Below, piece after piece: positions 45,638-54,058 of a stretch of 64,000 nucleotides of DNA. The notes beneath the pieces were generated by a model. It searched no databases and was not told the DNA's origin. It saw only the letters and a program-made list of their open reading frames with translations. The stretch comes from Gaiellaceae bacterium (GTDB lineage Bacteria > Actinomycetota > Thermoleophilia > Gaiellales > Gaiellaceae), in contig DATBQM010000018.1 in NCBI GenBank assembly GCA_036560805.1, positions 3,494 to 67,493 of the forward strand, read 5' to 3'. The position numbers were made by a program, and so were the translations under genes. Numbering within the stretch: the first letter of the stretch is position 1; every line of letters starts with the position of its first letter.

Positions 45638-46303
45638 TTGTCGATGCGGGTTCTCGTCGTCGAAGACCACAAGGAGCTCGCCGCCACCATCGCGGTCGGG
45701 CTGCGCCGCGAGGGAATGGCGGTCGACATCGCCTTCGACGGCGAGGACGCGTTGCGGCACGCAGCGGGAGACAGCTACGAGGTGATCCTGCTCGACCGCG
45801 ACATACCCAAGATCCACGGCGATGACGTGTGTCGCGCCCTCGTCGCGCGCAGGTCGCGCTCCCGCGTGCTCATGCTCACTGCCGCCGACGCGATCGAGGA
45901 CCGGGTCGACGGACTGGGCCTCGGCGCCGACGACTACCTGCCCAAGCCGTTCGCGTTCGCGGAGCTCGTCGCACGCATCCGCGCGCTTGCCCGTCGCGAT
46001 CAGGTCGAACGCTCGCCGGTCCTCGCCCGCGGCGATCTCCGCTTCGACACGGTGCAGCGCGTCGCGACCCGCGCCGGTCGCCGGCTCGAGCTGAGCAGCA
46101 AGGAGCTCGCGGTGCTCGAGCTCCTGCTCGCCGCCGGCGGCGCACCCGTCCCGACCCGCGAGCTGCTCACGCGCGGCTGGGACGAATACGTCGACCCCGA
46201 CGGGAACGTCGTCAAGGTCACAATCAGCCGGCTGCGGCGCAAGCTCGGCGACCCGCCGATGATCGAGACCATCCCCCACACCGGTTACCGCATCAGCCCG
46301 TGA
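45638..46303 (+). CDS. OmpR/PhoB family response regulator (TCS 1)
   Basis: RVLVVEDHKEL...VILLDRDIPKIHGD...GADDYLPKPF. Winged-helix C-terminus ...VKVTISRLRRKLG...IETIPHTGYRI. The start is TTG 45638 or ATG 45644. Confidence 0.9.
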   Translation: MSMRVLVVEDHKELAATIAVGLRREGMAVDIAFDGEDALRHAAGDSYEVILLDRDIPKIHGDDVCRALVARRSRSRVLMLTAADAIEDRVDGLGLGADDYLPKPFAFAELVARIRALARRDQVERSPVLARGDLRFDTVQRVATRAGRRLELSSKELAVLELLLAAGGAPVPTRELLTRGWDEYVDPDGNVVKVTISRLRRKLGDPPMIETIPHTGYRISP

Positions 46304-47475
46304 CGATCAGGCTTCGACTCACGCTCATCTACGGCGGGCTCTTCCTCTGCTCGGCGGCCGCGCTGCTCGCGATCACGTACGTGCTCGTCAACCACCAATA
46401 CACGAGCACGTTCTTCGTCAGCTCCGGCCGACGGGCGCTGATCGCCAAGGCATTCACCGCCAAGGGCCCGCTCGGCGTCGGCCCCACGCCGAAAGGATTC
46501 GTGCTGCCGCTCGGCCCGAAGGCGGTTCTCACCAACTCGAAGCTCGCGGTCGCCGCTGCACAGGGACAGTCGGACGCCGCCGTGCACAAGCTGTTCGTCG
46601 ACTCCGCCTTCGCGCTCGCGGTGATGGCGGTGATCTCGCTCTGGCTCGGCTGGGTGATCGCCGGACGCGCCTTGCGCCCGCTGCGGACGATCACCGAGAC
46701 CGCGCGGGAGATCTCCGCGAGCAGCCTCCACCGCCGGCTCGGCCTCGCAGGGCCGGACGACGAGCTCCGGCAGCTCGGAGACACCGTCGACGGATTGCTC
46801 GGCCGCCTCGAGACGTCCTTCGAGGCGCAGCGACAGTTCGTCGCCAACGCGTCGCACGAGCTGCGCACGCCGCTCACGCTCGAGCGCACCCTGCTCGAGC
46901 TCGCGCTGAGCGATCCGAACGCGAGCATCGAGTCGTATCGGCACACGTGCGAGCAGCTCCTCGCCGTCGGCGAGCAGCAGGAACGGTTGATCGAAGCGCT
47001 GCTCACGCTCTCGCGCAGCCAACGCGGCGTCGACAGCCATCAACCCGTCGACCTCGCCGCGATCGCTTCGGCCGCCGCAGCCGCTGTTGATCACGACGGC
47101 CTCGTCCTCGACACGACGATCGAACCTGCGCACACGACCGGCAATCCACGTCTGGTCGAGCGGCTCGTGGCCAACCTCGTCGGCAACGCAATCCAGCACA
47201 ACGTGGAGAGCGGAACCGTCACTCTCACGACCGAGACTCGCGGTCGTCGCGCAGTTCTCACGATCGCGAACTCCGGCCCGAGGATTCCGCCGGGCGAGCT
47301 CGACCGGCTCTTCCTGCCCTTCCAACGACTCGAGGGGAGCCGCACCAACAGCCAGGGGCTCGGCCTCGGTCTCTCGATCGTCCGCGCGATCGCCGAGGCG
47401 CATCACGCCACCCTCACCACCGACGCCCCTGCCGACGGCGGCCTCCGCGTCCAGGTGAGCTTCCCGAGCTCATGA
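46300..47475 (+). CDS. Sensor histidine kinase (TCS 1)
   Basis: GTGA overlap with the RR gene. Two TM helices flank a ~75-aa extracytoplasmic loop. HAMP domain, H-box FVANASHELRTPL, N and G boxes NAIQHN...GLGLGLSIV. Confidence 0.9.
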   Translation: MTIRLRLTLIYGGLFLCSAAALLAITYVLVNHQYTSTFFVSSGRRALIAKAFTAKGPLGVGPTPKGFVLPLGPKAVLTNSKLAVAAAQGQSDAAVHKLFVDSAFALAVMAVISLWLGWVIAGRALRPLRTITETAREISASSLHRRLGLAGPDDELRQLGDTVDGLLGRLETSFEAQRQFVANASHELRTPLTLERTLLELALSDPNASIESYRHTCEQLLAVGEQQERLIEALLTLSRSQRGVDSHQPVDLAAIASAAAAAVDHDGLVLDTTIEPAHTTGNPRLVERLVANLVGNAIQHNVESGTVTLTTETRGRRAVLTIANSGPRIPPGELDRLFLPFQRLEGSRTNSQGLGLGLSIVRAIAEAHHATLTTDAPADGGLRVQVSFPSS

Positions 47476-47991
47476 CCCATTCGGATGCGTCCTGGCGTAC
47501 GCGTCATAGGCGGAATTCGAAGGCATGTAGGGCGGTCGGTACTTCCCGCACGCCGCGTTCGCGGCCTGGAACTTCGGCGAGCCCTGGTCGATTCCGACGG
47601 TGGCGGGATCGGGTATGCGACCGGTGCTGTCGGGATCGGGAAAGTTCGGGACGCCGTGCGCGCGCACGCACCGGGCGTAGCTCAGTCCCTGAGCCTTTTC
47701 CTGCTGGAGCTGGGCCGCGTTGGGCGGCTTCCCACCGTTCGGGAGCAGGTGCTGACAGGCGCGCTGAGCCGACTGGAATCGCGAGCTGGTAACGCCGAGC
47801 TCCTGCACGCTCTCCTTCGGGATCACGCCGCCGCTGCCGGGATCGGGGAAGTTCGACACGCCGTTCGAGCGCATGCACTGAGAGAAGACAAGCGGTCCAC
47901 GACTCCCCTGCACCGACACCGAGGGACGTCCGCCGCAGGCCGACGCCACAAGGGCAATCGACGCGGCGAGGATCGCGGACGCGATTCTCAC
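47470..47991 (-). CDS. Lipoprotein with two C(M/V)RxxG-x3-FPDP...C modules (paralog 4 of 5)
   Basis: GTG at 47991 (GTGA overlap with paralog 5). Lipobox ALVASAC|GG. FSQCMRSNGVSNFPDP...AQRACQHLLP and YARCVRAHGVPNFPDP...ANAACGKY. Confidence 0.8.
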   Translation of the reverse strand: MRIASAILAASIALVASACGGRPSVSVQGSRGPLVFSQCMRSNGVSNFPDPGSGGVIPKESVQELGVTSSRFQSAQRACQHLLPNGGKPPNAAQLQQEKAQGLSYARCVRAHGVPNFPDPDSTGRIPDPATVGIDQGSPKFQAANAACGKYRPPYMPSNSAYDAYARTHPNGS

Positions 47992-48467
47992 GGCAGGCCG
48001 AGCGCTTTCCGCGCGTGCTTCTCGCAGGTCGTCTCGACCGCCTGGAACTGCAGCGAGCTCGTGTCGATGCTCGGCGGCAGTGTCTGTCGGCCGAGATGCG
48101 TCGGATCGGGGAAGTCGGGATATCCGTGAGCGCGGACACACGCGGCGACCTGCACGCCGAACACGACCTTCTGCTGCCGCTGCTGCGGCGTCGCGGTGCC
48201 CCCGCTCGAGAGCAGGTGCTCGCATTCGTCGTTCGCCGTCGACGAGATCTGCTTCGAAACACCCGCGCTGAACGACGGGAAGTTGCCATCAGGGCCCGGG
48301 TCGGGGAAGCTCGGCACGCCGTGCGAGCGCATGCAGTGCGCAAAGCTGAGCGCCGACTTCACCGGCGGCTGCGCCGCTCGGCCCGCGGGCGAACCGCCGC
48401 ATGCGGACACGAGAAGCGTGAGGGCGACTATTCCGACCAACGCAGGGATCACGCCGTCGATGATCAC
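47988..48467 (-). CDS. Lipoprotein with two C(M/V)RxxG-x3-FPDP...C modules (paralog 5 of 5)
   Basis: GTG at 48467 (or 48452). Lipobox TLLVSAC|GG. FAHCMRSHGVPSFPDP...NDECEHLL and VAACVRAHGYPDFPDP...VETTCEKH. Confidence 0.8.
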   Translation of the reverse strand: MIIDGVIPALVGIVALTLLVSACGGSPAGRAAQPPVKSALSFAHCMRSHGVPSFPDPGPDGNFPSFSAGVSKQISSTANDECEHLLSSGGTATPQQRQQKVVFGVQVAACVRAHGYPDFPDPTHLGRQTLPPSIDTSSLQFQAVETTCEKHARKALGLP

Positions 48468-48495
48468 GCGGGCTTGACGACAGCCGCAGGAAGCG

Positions 48496-48515
48496 CCGAT
48501 GAAAATCCGATGAAA
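48496..48515. promoter_or_regulatory. Direct repeat CCGATGAAA x2 with 11-bp periodicity; candidate OmpR-type response-regulator box
   Basis: Copies at 48496-48504 and 48507-48515, in the 98-nt divergent region between lipoprotein paralog 5 and RR 2. Confidence 0.35.
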
Positions 48516-48565
48516 GCGTCCTCGCGGTTCGCTTCCGGAGGCAGGGTTGAGCGACACTGCGTCGC

Positions 48566-49252
48566 GTGAGCGACGGAGCGTCGATCCTGGTCGTCGAGGA
48601 CGACGAGCAGATCGCGGAGTTGATGCGCGACTTCCTGGAGGCCGAGGGCTTCCTGGTGCGGCACGCCGCAAGCGGACGTGAGACGAGCGAGCAGCTCGAG
48701 CGGGGTCGTCCCGACCTGGTGCTGCTGGACGTGATGCTGCCCGACGAGTCGGGCTTCGAGATCTGCCGTCGACTGCGCCGTGACTCGACCGTGCCGGTGC
48801 TCTTCCTGAGCGCCCGCGACAGCGACGCGGACAAGATCCGGGGACTCGGGCTCGGCGGCGACGACTACATCGTCAAGTCCGCCACCCCGGCAGAGGTGGT
48901 CGCCCGCGTCAAGGCGGTGCTACGGCGCACTTCCGCGTCCGACGCGCGCGAACGGCTTCGCTTCGGCGAGCTCGAGATCGACCTTGCCGCGCACGAGGTC
49001 AGTTGCGCGGGGCGGCTGGTCGAGCTGACCGCGCGCGAGTTCGATCTGCTGCGCGTCCTCGTCGAGCATCCCCGGCAGGTGTTCAGCCGCGACCAGCTGT
49101 TCGAGCTCGTCTGGGGCTCGTTCGGCGACCGCAGCGCGGTGGCGGTGTACATCGCCCGCCTGCGGCAGAAGATCGAGGCCGAACCGGCGAGGCCGCGTTA
49201 CATCGTCACCGTCTGGGGAGCCGGCTACCGGCTCGATCCCGGCGGCACATGA
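48566..49252 (+). CDS. OmpR/PhoB family response regulator (TCS 2)
   Basis: ILVVEDDEQIAELM...LVLLDVMLPDESG...GGDDYIVKS. Winged helix LTAREFDLLRVL...VYIARLRQKIE...IVTVWGAGYRL. Confidence 0.9.
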   Translation: MSDGASILVVEDDEQIAELMRDFLEAEGFLVRHAASGRETSEQLERGRPDLVLLDVMLPDESGFEICRRLRRDSTVPVLFLSARDSDADKIRGLGLGGDDYIVKSATPAEVVARVKAVLRRTSASDARERLRFGELEIDLAAHEVSCAGRLVELTAREFDLLRVLVEHPRQVFSRDQLFELVWGSFGDRSAVAVYIARLRQKIEAEPARPRYIVTVWGAGYRLDPGGT

Positions 49253-50592
49253 GACGACCACCGATCCGCATCCGGGCGTTCATCCTCGGCGCCGTCCTCG
49301 TCCTGGTGATGGCGCCGACGCTCGCCGGCGGGACAGGCTGGCTGATCGAACACGACCACCAACGGGCGGGAATCCACAAGCGGCTGAACGCCGCTGCCGG
49401 CTACCTCACCTCCCATCGCGCGACGCTGCACGAGCAGGCAACCGTCCAAGGATTCACACGACTGACCGAACGGCTCGATCTGCTCGCGCAACTGGTCATC
49501 ATCTCGACAAGCCCGCCCGAGAAGGATCCGATCTTTATCAGCCCGGCCCTCGACCTGGGAAAACAAGGCAAGCTCCCGCCCGGCCGGGACGTCGACCGCC
49601 GCCTCATACGAGCTGGATCGCCCAAGTCGCGGGCGATCTTGGTCACCGATCTCTACTATCGACCCGCCTCCCGCACCACCCCGGCTCTCGTCGCGCTCCT
49701 CAGCGGAGTCATCGCCCTCCTCGCCTCGCTCGCGCTCGTGGTCTGGCTCGCCGGCCGCTGGATGGTCGCGCCGCTGGCCGGATTGAGCGCGCAGGTCGAC
49801 AAGGTCGCCGGCGGCGAGCTGGCGATCGTCGTGCCGCGCAGCCGGATCGGCGAGGTCGCCAACGTCGCGCAGGCCGTCGAGGGAATGACGGCCGCCCTCG
49901 GCGAGAGCGCGCAACGACGAGCCGAAGCGGAGGAGGCGAGACGGTTCCTCGTCACCAGCATCGCTCACGACCTGCGCACGCCACTGTTCGCGCTCCGCGG
50001 ACACCTGCAGGCGATCGGCTCCAGGCTCGGCGACCCGGCCATGCACCTCGAGCGGGCAGAAGCGCGAGCAGACGCGCTCGAACGGCTGATCGGCAATCTC
50101 TTCGCGTACACGCGCGACGACTACGAGCAGCCCGCGCCGCGGCTCGAAGACGTCGCCGTCGGCGAGCTGCTGCAGGAGGTCGCTGCCGGGCTCGAGCACG
50201 CAGCACGGCTCGGCGACAACACGTTCGACCTCGACGGCGACGCGATACTCAGCGTCCGTGTCGACCGCGACAGAGTGAAGCGCGCCCTCACCAACATCCT
50301 CGACAACGCAATCCGCTACAGCCCTCGCGGGACGCCGATCCACGTCAGCTGGGCAGCCGTCGATGAGCCGACGGTCCGGATCACGGTTCACGACCACGGC
50401 CCCGGGATCGACCCCGTCCTCCTCCCCCACGTCTTCGAGCCCGGCATCCGCGGGACCTCGAGCGATGGAGGAGCCGGGCTCGGGCTCACGATCGCGAAGC
50501 GGCTCCTCGAACACCAGCACGCCACGCTCACCGCCCACAACGAACCAGGAGGAGGAGCAACGCTGGTCCTCACCCTCTCGCGCGGGACTTAG
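49249..50592 (+). CDS. Sensor histidine kinase (TCS 2)
   Basis: ATGA overlap with the RR gene. Two TM helices flank a ~130-aa extracytoplasmic domain. HAMP domain, H-box SIAHDLRTPL, and NAIRYSP...GAGLGLTIA. Confidence 0.9.
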   Translation: MRRPPIRIRAFILGAVLVLVMAPTLAGGTGWLIEHDHQRAGIHKRLNAAAGYLTSHRATLHEQATVQGFTRLTERLDLLAQLVIISTSPPEKDPIFISPALDLGKQGKLPPGRDVDRRLIRAGSPKSRAILVTDLYYRPASRTTPALVALLSGVIALLASLALVVWLAGRWMVAPLAGLSAQVDKVAGGELAIVVPRSRIGEVANVAQAVEGMTAALGESAQRRAEAEEARRFLVTSIAHDLRTPLFALRGHLQAIGSRLGDPAMHLERAEARADALERLIGNLFAYTRDDYEQPAPRLEDVAVGELLQEVAAGLEHAARLGDNTFDLDGDAILSVRVDRDRVKRALTNILDNAIRYSPRGTPIHVSWAAVDEPTVRITVHDHGPGIDPVLLPHVFEPGIRGTSSDGGAGLGLTIAKRLLEHQHATLTAHNEPGGGATLVLTLSRGT

Positions 50593-51512
50593 GCGTCGAG
50601 CACGGCCGCCGAGCGTGCGGCCGCCTTCAGCGCCTGCCGTTCGGGCGGAATCCTGACCACCTTCCACGCGAGCCCGCAGCGTTCGAGCGCGGAGATGAGC
50701 CAGCCGCCCGGATCGATCTCGCCGGTTCGCAGACCGTGGAACGCAGACGAGGGAAACGCGTGGTGGTTGTTGTGCCAAGACTCGCCGAACGACAGCCAGG
50801 AAAGCCACCAGACGTTGCGCGACTCGTCGGTGACTGCGAAGTGCCGGCGCCCCCAGAAGTGGCAGATCGAGTTGATCGACCAGGTCACGTGGTGGAGCAA
50901 AAGGATGCGAACCGCGCCGCCCCACACGAGACCCGCGAAGAACCCGTACCAGCCGCCGATCCACGCCCAGCCGATGAGGCCGGGCACGAGGAGCGAGAGC
51001 AGGACGACCGGCACGAACAGCCGGCTGATGATGCGCAGGCCGCGGTCCTCGAGGATGTCTTTCGCATACTTGCTCGGTGCGGCGGTTGCGTCCGCGTCGA
51101 AGAGCCACCCGGTGTGGGCATGCCACAGCCCCTTCAGACCTTCGACGAAGCCGTCTCCGTAGTCCGCGTGCGGGCTGTGCGGGTCGCCGCTCCGATCGGA
51201 GAACTGATGGTGCTTTCGATGGTTCGCGACCCAGCTGACGACGTTTCCTTCGACCGCCGCCTGACCGAGGATCGCGAAGGCGTACCGCACGCCGCGATAG
51301 GTCTGGAACGACCGGTGCGTGAACAGCCGGTGGTACCCGACCGTTATCCCGAGCCCGGCGAGCACGTACCCGACGAACAGGATCGTCAGCTCGCGGAGTC
51401 CCACCATGCGATCCCAGAGCAACGCGATCGCAATCGCGAGACCGATCAGCGGTAGCGTCGTCCCGGCGACGTTGGCCGCGATGCGAGCTCGGCTCATAGT
51501 CCGCTCGCTCAT
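50589..51512 (-). CDS. Membrane fatty acid (acyl-CoA/acyl-lipid delta-9 type) desaturase
   Basis: Three His boxes: HRLFTHRSF, HRKHHQFSD and HNNHHAFP. Confidence 0.9.
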   Translation of the reverse strand: MSERTMSRARIAANVAGTTLPLIGLAIAIALLWDRMVGLRELTILFVGYVLAGLGITVGYHRLFTHRSFQTYRGVRYAFAILGQAAVEGNVVSWVANHRKHHQFSDRSGDPHSPHADYGDGFVEGLKGLWHAHTGWLFDADATAAPSKYAKDILEDRGLRIISRLFVPVVLLSLLVPGLIGWAWIGGWYGFFAGLVWGGAVRILLLHHVTWSINSICHFWGRRHFAVTDESRNVWWLSWLSFGESWHNNHHAFPSSAFHGLRTGEIDPGGWLISALERCGLAWKVVRIPPERQALKAAARSAAVLDA

Positions 51513-52762
51513 GCCGCCTGATGCTTCCGGAAGGCGAGAACGGCATTGTGGCCGCCGAAGCCGAAGCTGTTGCTCAAAGCAACGCGAAGTGGCATGCGGC
51601 GCGACGTGTTCGGCACACAGTCGAGGTCACAGGCCGGATCGGGACTCTCGTAGTTGATCGTCGGCGGCACGGCATCGTCGCGAAGCGCGAGCACGGTCAC
51701 TGCAGCCTCGACCGCTCCCGCGGCGCCGAGGCAGTGACCGGTCGCGCCCTTGGTCGAGGAAACCGGGGTCGACCGCGCCTTGTCCTCACCCAATGCGAGC
51801 TTGATAGCCGCCCATTCTGTCGCATCGCCGACGCTCGTCGAGCTGGCATGAGCGTTGACGTAGTCGACCTCGCTTGCGTCGAGACCACCGTCCGCGAGTG
51901 CAGCCCGAACAGCACGAGCTTGGCCGACACCGCCCGGATCCGGCTCGGTCATGTGAAAGGAATCCGAGCTGACGCCGTAGCCGACGAGCTCGGCGTAGAT
52001 CGTCGCGCCTCGCGCGCGCGCGTGTTCGAGCTCCTCGAGGACGAGGACGGCTGCTCCCTCACCCATGACGAATCCGTCCCGTTCGGCATCGAAGGGCCGA
52101 CTGGCCCGAGCCGGGTCGGCGTTCCGGCGCGACAGGGCGCGCATCGCCGCGAAGCCCGCCATCGCGATCGGTGTGATGCCCGCCTCGCTCCCGCCGCAGA
52201 ACATCACCTCGGCCCGACCGAGTCTGATCGCGTCGTAGCCCTCCCCGACCGCCATCGCCGAAGCGGCGCACGCCGTGCACGGTGCCCCGACGGGACCGCG
52301 CGCTCCCAACTCCATCGAGACCCAGCCCGCGGCCATGTTCGGCATGAACGACGTCACAAGGCTTGGATGGATGCGCGCCGCATCGGCTCCGGCGCAACAC
52401 GCAGCGAGACTCGCCACACCGCCCTGTGCGGTCGCGATCGAAGCGCCGACACGGTCCGGTGCGCGACTGACGTCGATCGACGCGTCGGCCTCCGCCATGC
52501 GCGCCGCGGCGACGGCAAGCTGCGCGAAGCGATCCGTCCGGTGCAACGACCGGCGATCGAGCCATTGCCCCGGCTCGAAGCCCTGCACCTCGCAGCCGAT
52601 CGTCACCGGATGGCGCCCCGTATCGAAGGCCGTCAGCGACGCGCCGCTTCCCTCGCCCGCCAGAAGACGGCTCCACGTCGTCTCCATGTCGCCCCCGAGC
52701 GGTGTCACGGCGCCGAGACCCGTCACGGCCACCCGACGCTCGTGTTCGACGGAGACAGACAT
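51509..52762 (-). CDS. fabF: Beta-ketoacyl-ACP synthase II family (FabF/KasA-like)
   Basis: RVAVTGLGAVTPLG, active-site TACAAS, two His motifs (NAHASST, SSTKGATGHCLGAAG), and the end motif NSFGFGGHN. Start at ATG 52762. Confidence 0.9.
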   Translation of the reverse strand: MSVSVEHERRVAVTGLGAVTPLGGDMETTWSRLLAGEGSGASLTAFDTGRHPVTIGCEVQGFEPGQWLDRRSLHRTDRFAQLAVAAARMAEADASIDVSRAPDRVGASIATAQGGVASLAACCAGADAARIHPSLVTSFMPNMAAGWVSMELGARGPVGAPCTACAASAMAVGEGYDAIRLGRAEVMFCGGSEAGITPIAMAGFAAMRALSRRNADPARASRPFDAERDGFVMGEGAAVLVLEELEHARARGATIYAELVGYGVSSDSFHMTEPDPGGVGQARAVRAALADGGLDASEVDYVNAHASSTSVGDATEWAAIKLALGEDKARSTPVSSTKGATGHCLGAAGAVEAAVTVLALRDDAVPPTINYESPDPACDLDCVPNTSRRMPLRVALSNSFGFGGHNAVLAFRKHQAA

Positions 52763-52798
52763 AGCCCCTGGACCGTAGCTGCCCCCTCCAGGCACGCG

Positions 52799-53776
52799 CT
52801 AGGTGGGCAGGAGCGGGGGACGCCTACGTGCTACCCCGCGGGCTGCGACCGAGAGGGTGAGACCCGCGACCGCGGCTGCGCTGGCGCTCGTGATGAGCAG
52901 CAGCCCGGAGGCGAGTGAGAAATTGACGGCGACGTCCTTTCCCACGCCGAGGGCGAGGAGGATGCCGGCGGTGGCGCCGAGGTTCACGGCCGCGCCGCCG
53001 GCCGTGATCGGGATGACGCCTGCTGCAGCGCTCAGGCAGAGCACGCAGAGCGTCGTCGACGGCGAGAACCGGAAGCCGAGGGCGGTGAGCAGGAGCGCGC
53101 TCCCGAGCGCGCGCGTCGTCCAGCACGTGAAGAGGTATGCACCGGCGATGATCGCGTTGCGCCGTCCGCCCGGCGCTCGGTGCATCGCCACGTGATCGGA
53201 GACCGCCTGCAGGCGGCGGCTGCGACGGAGCAACGGCAGTTGCACGATGCGCGCGCTCGCCGCGAGCAGCGCACAGCAGCCGAGGCCGAAGGTGACCACG
53301 ATCAGAAGTGGTCCGCGGAAGTTCGCCGAACCAATTGCGGTCGCCGAGATCGAAAGCGGCAGCATCGCGACCGCGTCGATCATCCCGAGCGAGATGATCG
53401 ACAGCGCGATCGCCTCGAGCCCGATCCTGATTCCCGACATCTTGCGGAGCGTGCCAACCTTGACGAGATAGTCGAGGCGGAACGGCAGCACTGCACCGCT
53501 CGCGGCGGCGGCGCCGACCGATGCGAGGCAACGCGCTTGGTCCGGTCGATGCTCTCGCGGAAACAGTCGATGCCAGCCGCGCGCGCGGACGACGAAGCTC
53601 ACGAAGTAGCACGTGACGGCGATCGCGACCAGAAGCGCCCTCGCGTGAGCGAGCGGCCAGCTCGAATGCGTGAGTCGCCGTCCAACGAGAACGCAGGCGA
53701 CCACGGTCAGCGCGGAGAACGCAACTCCGACCAGGGCACGGCGATTGAGGAAGGACGATCGCAAAGGCTCGCGCAC
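52799..53776 (-). CDS. Flippase-like membrane protein (lysylphosphatidylglycerol synthase TM-region / UPF0104 family)
   Basis: 325 aa with about 8 TM helices and the family-typical ARGWHRLF segment after TM2. Assigned by pattern recognition only. Confidence 0.6.
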   Translation of the reverse strand: MREPLRSSFLNRRALVGVAFSALTVVACVLVGRRLTHSSWPLAHARALLVAIAVTCYFVSFVVRARGWHRLFPREHRPDQARCLASVGAAAASGAVLPFRLDYLVKVGTLRKMSGIRIGLEAIALSIISLGMIDAVAMLPLSISATAIGSANFRGPLLIVVTFGLGCCALLAASARIVQLPLLRRSRRLQAVSDHVAMHRAPGGRRNAIIAGAYLFTCWTTRALGSALLLTALGFRFSPSTTLCVLCLSAAAGVIPITAGGAAVNLGATAGILLALGVGKDVAVNFSLASGLLLITSASAAAVAGLTLSVAARGVARRRPPLLPT

Positions 53777-54058
53777 GATGTGCGCCTACTGGATCATAGC
53801 CCGATAATCGCCGCCTAAAACGGCTTTGCGCTACCGTATGGGGAGCGTCCACGTGTTGCGACTCCCGCACGAGCCCGCCGCTTGCTGCTTCGGGGAGTCA
53901 CGAACAGGGAGCGATATCGTGAAGAAGAGCCTGAGGCGAGTCCTCGAACGGCTGCGCGCAGCCACGAACGGCACGTTCGGAAAGCGCATGGATGAGCGCG
54001 GAAAGCTGAACGCGCCGCAGCAGATGCTGCCTGTGCCCGTTCGCAGCAGGTAACCGTC

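Noticed and set aside
39266-48345. A ~45-nt DNA motif, (C/G)GG(A/G)TC(G/C)GGGAAG(T/C)T(C/G)GG(C/G)ACGCCGT...GCGCATGCA, recurs 10 times at irregular spacing. At first sight it looks like a dispersed repeat, a REP element or a degenerate array.
   Set aside because: Every copy lies in frame inside one of the five lipoprotein genes. On the minus strand each encodes the conserved CMRxHGxxxFPDP segment. The spacing is irregular and the flanks are coding, so this is protein-level conservation and not a non-coding repeat or CRISPR.
53826-54053. A 75-aa ORF (or a 44-aa version from GTG 53919 with a GGGAG RBS) upstream of the GT4 gene.
   Set aside because: No motif, basic low-complexity composition, and no support from context. 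Left uncalled, although a small leader peptide cannot be excluded.
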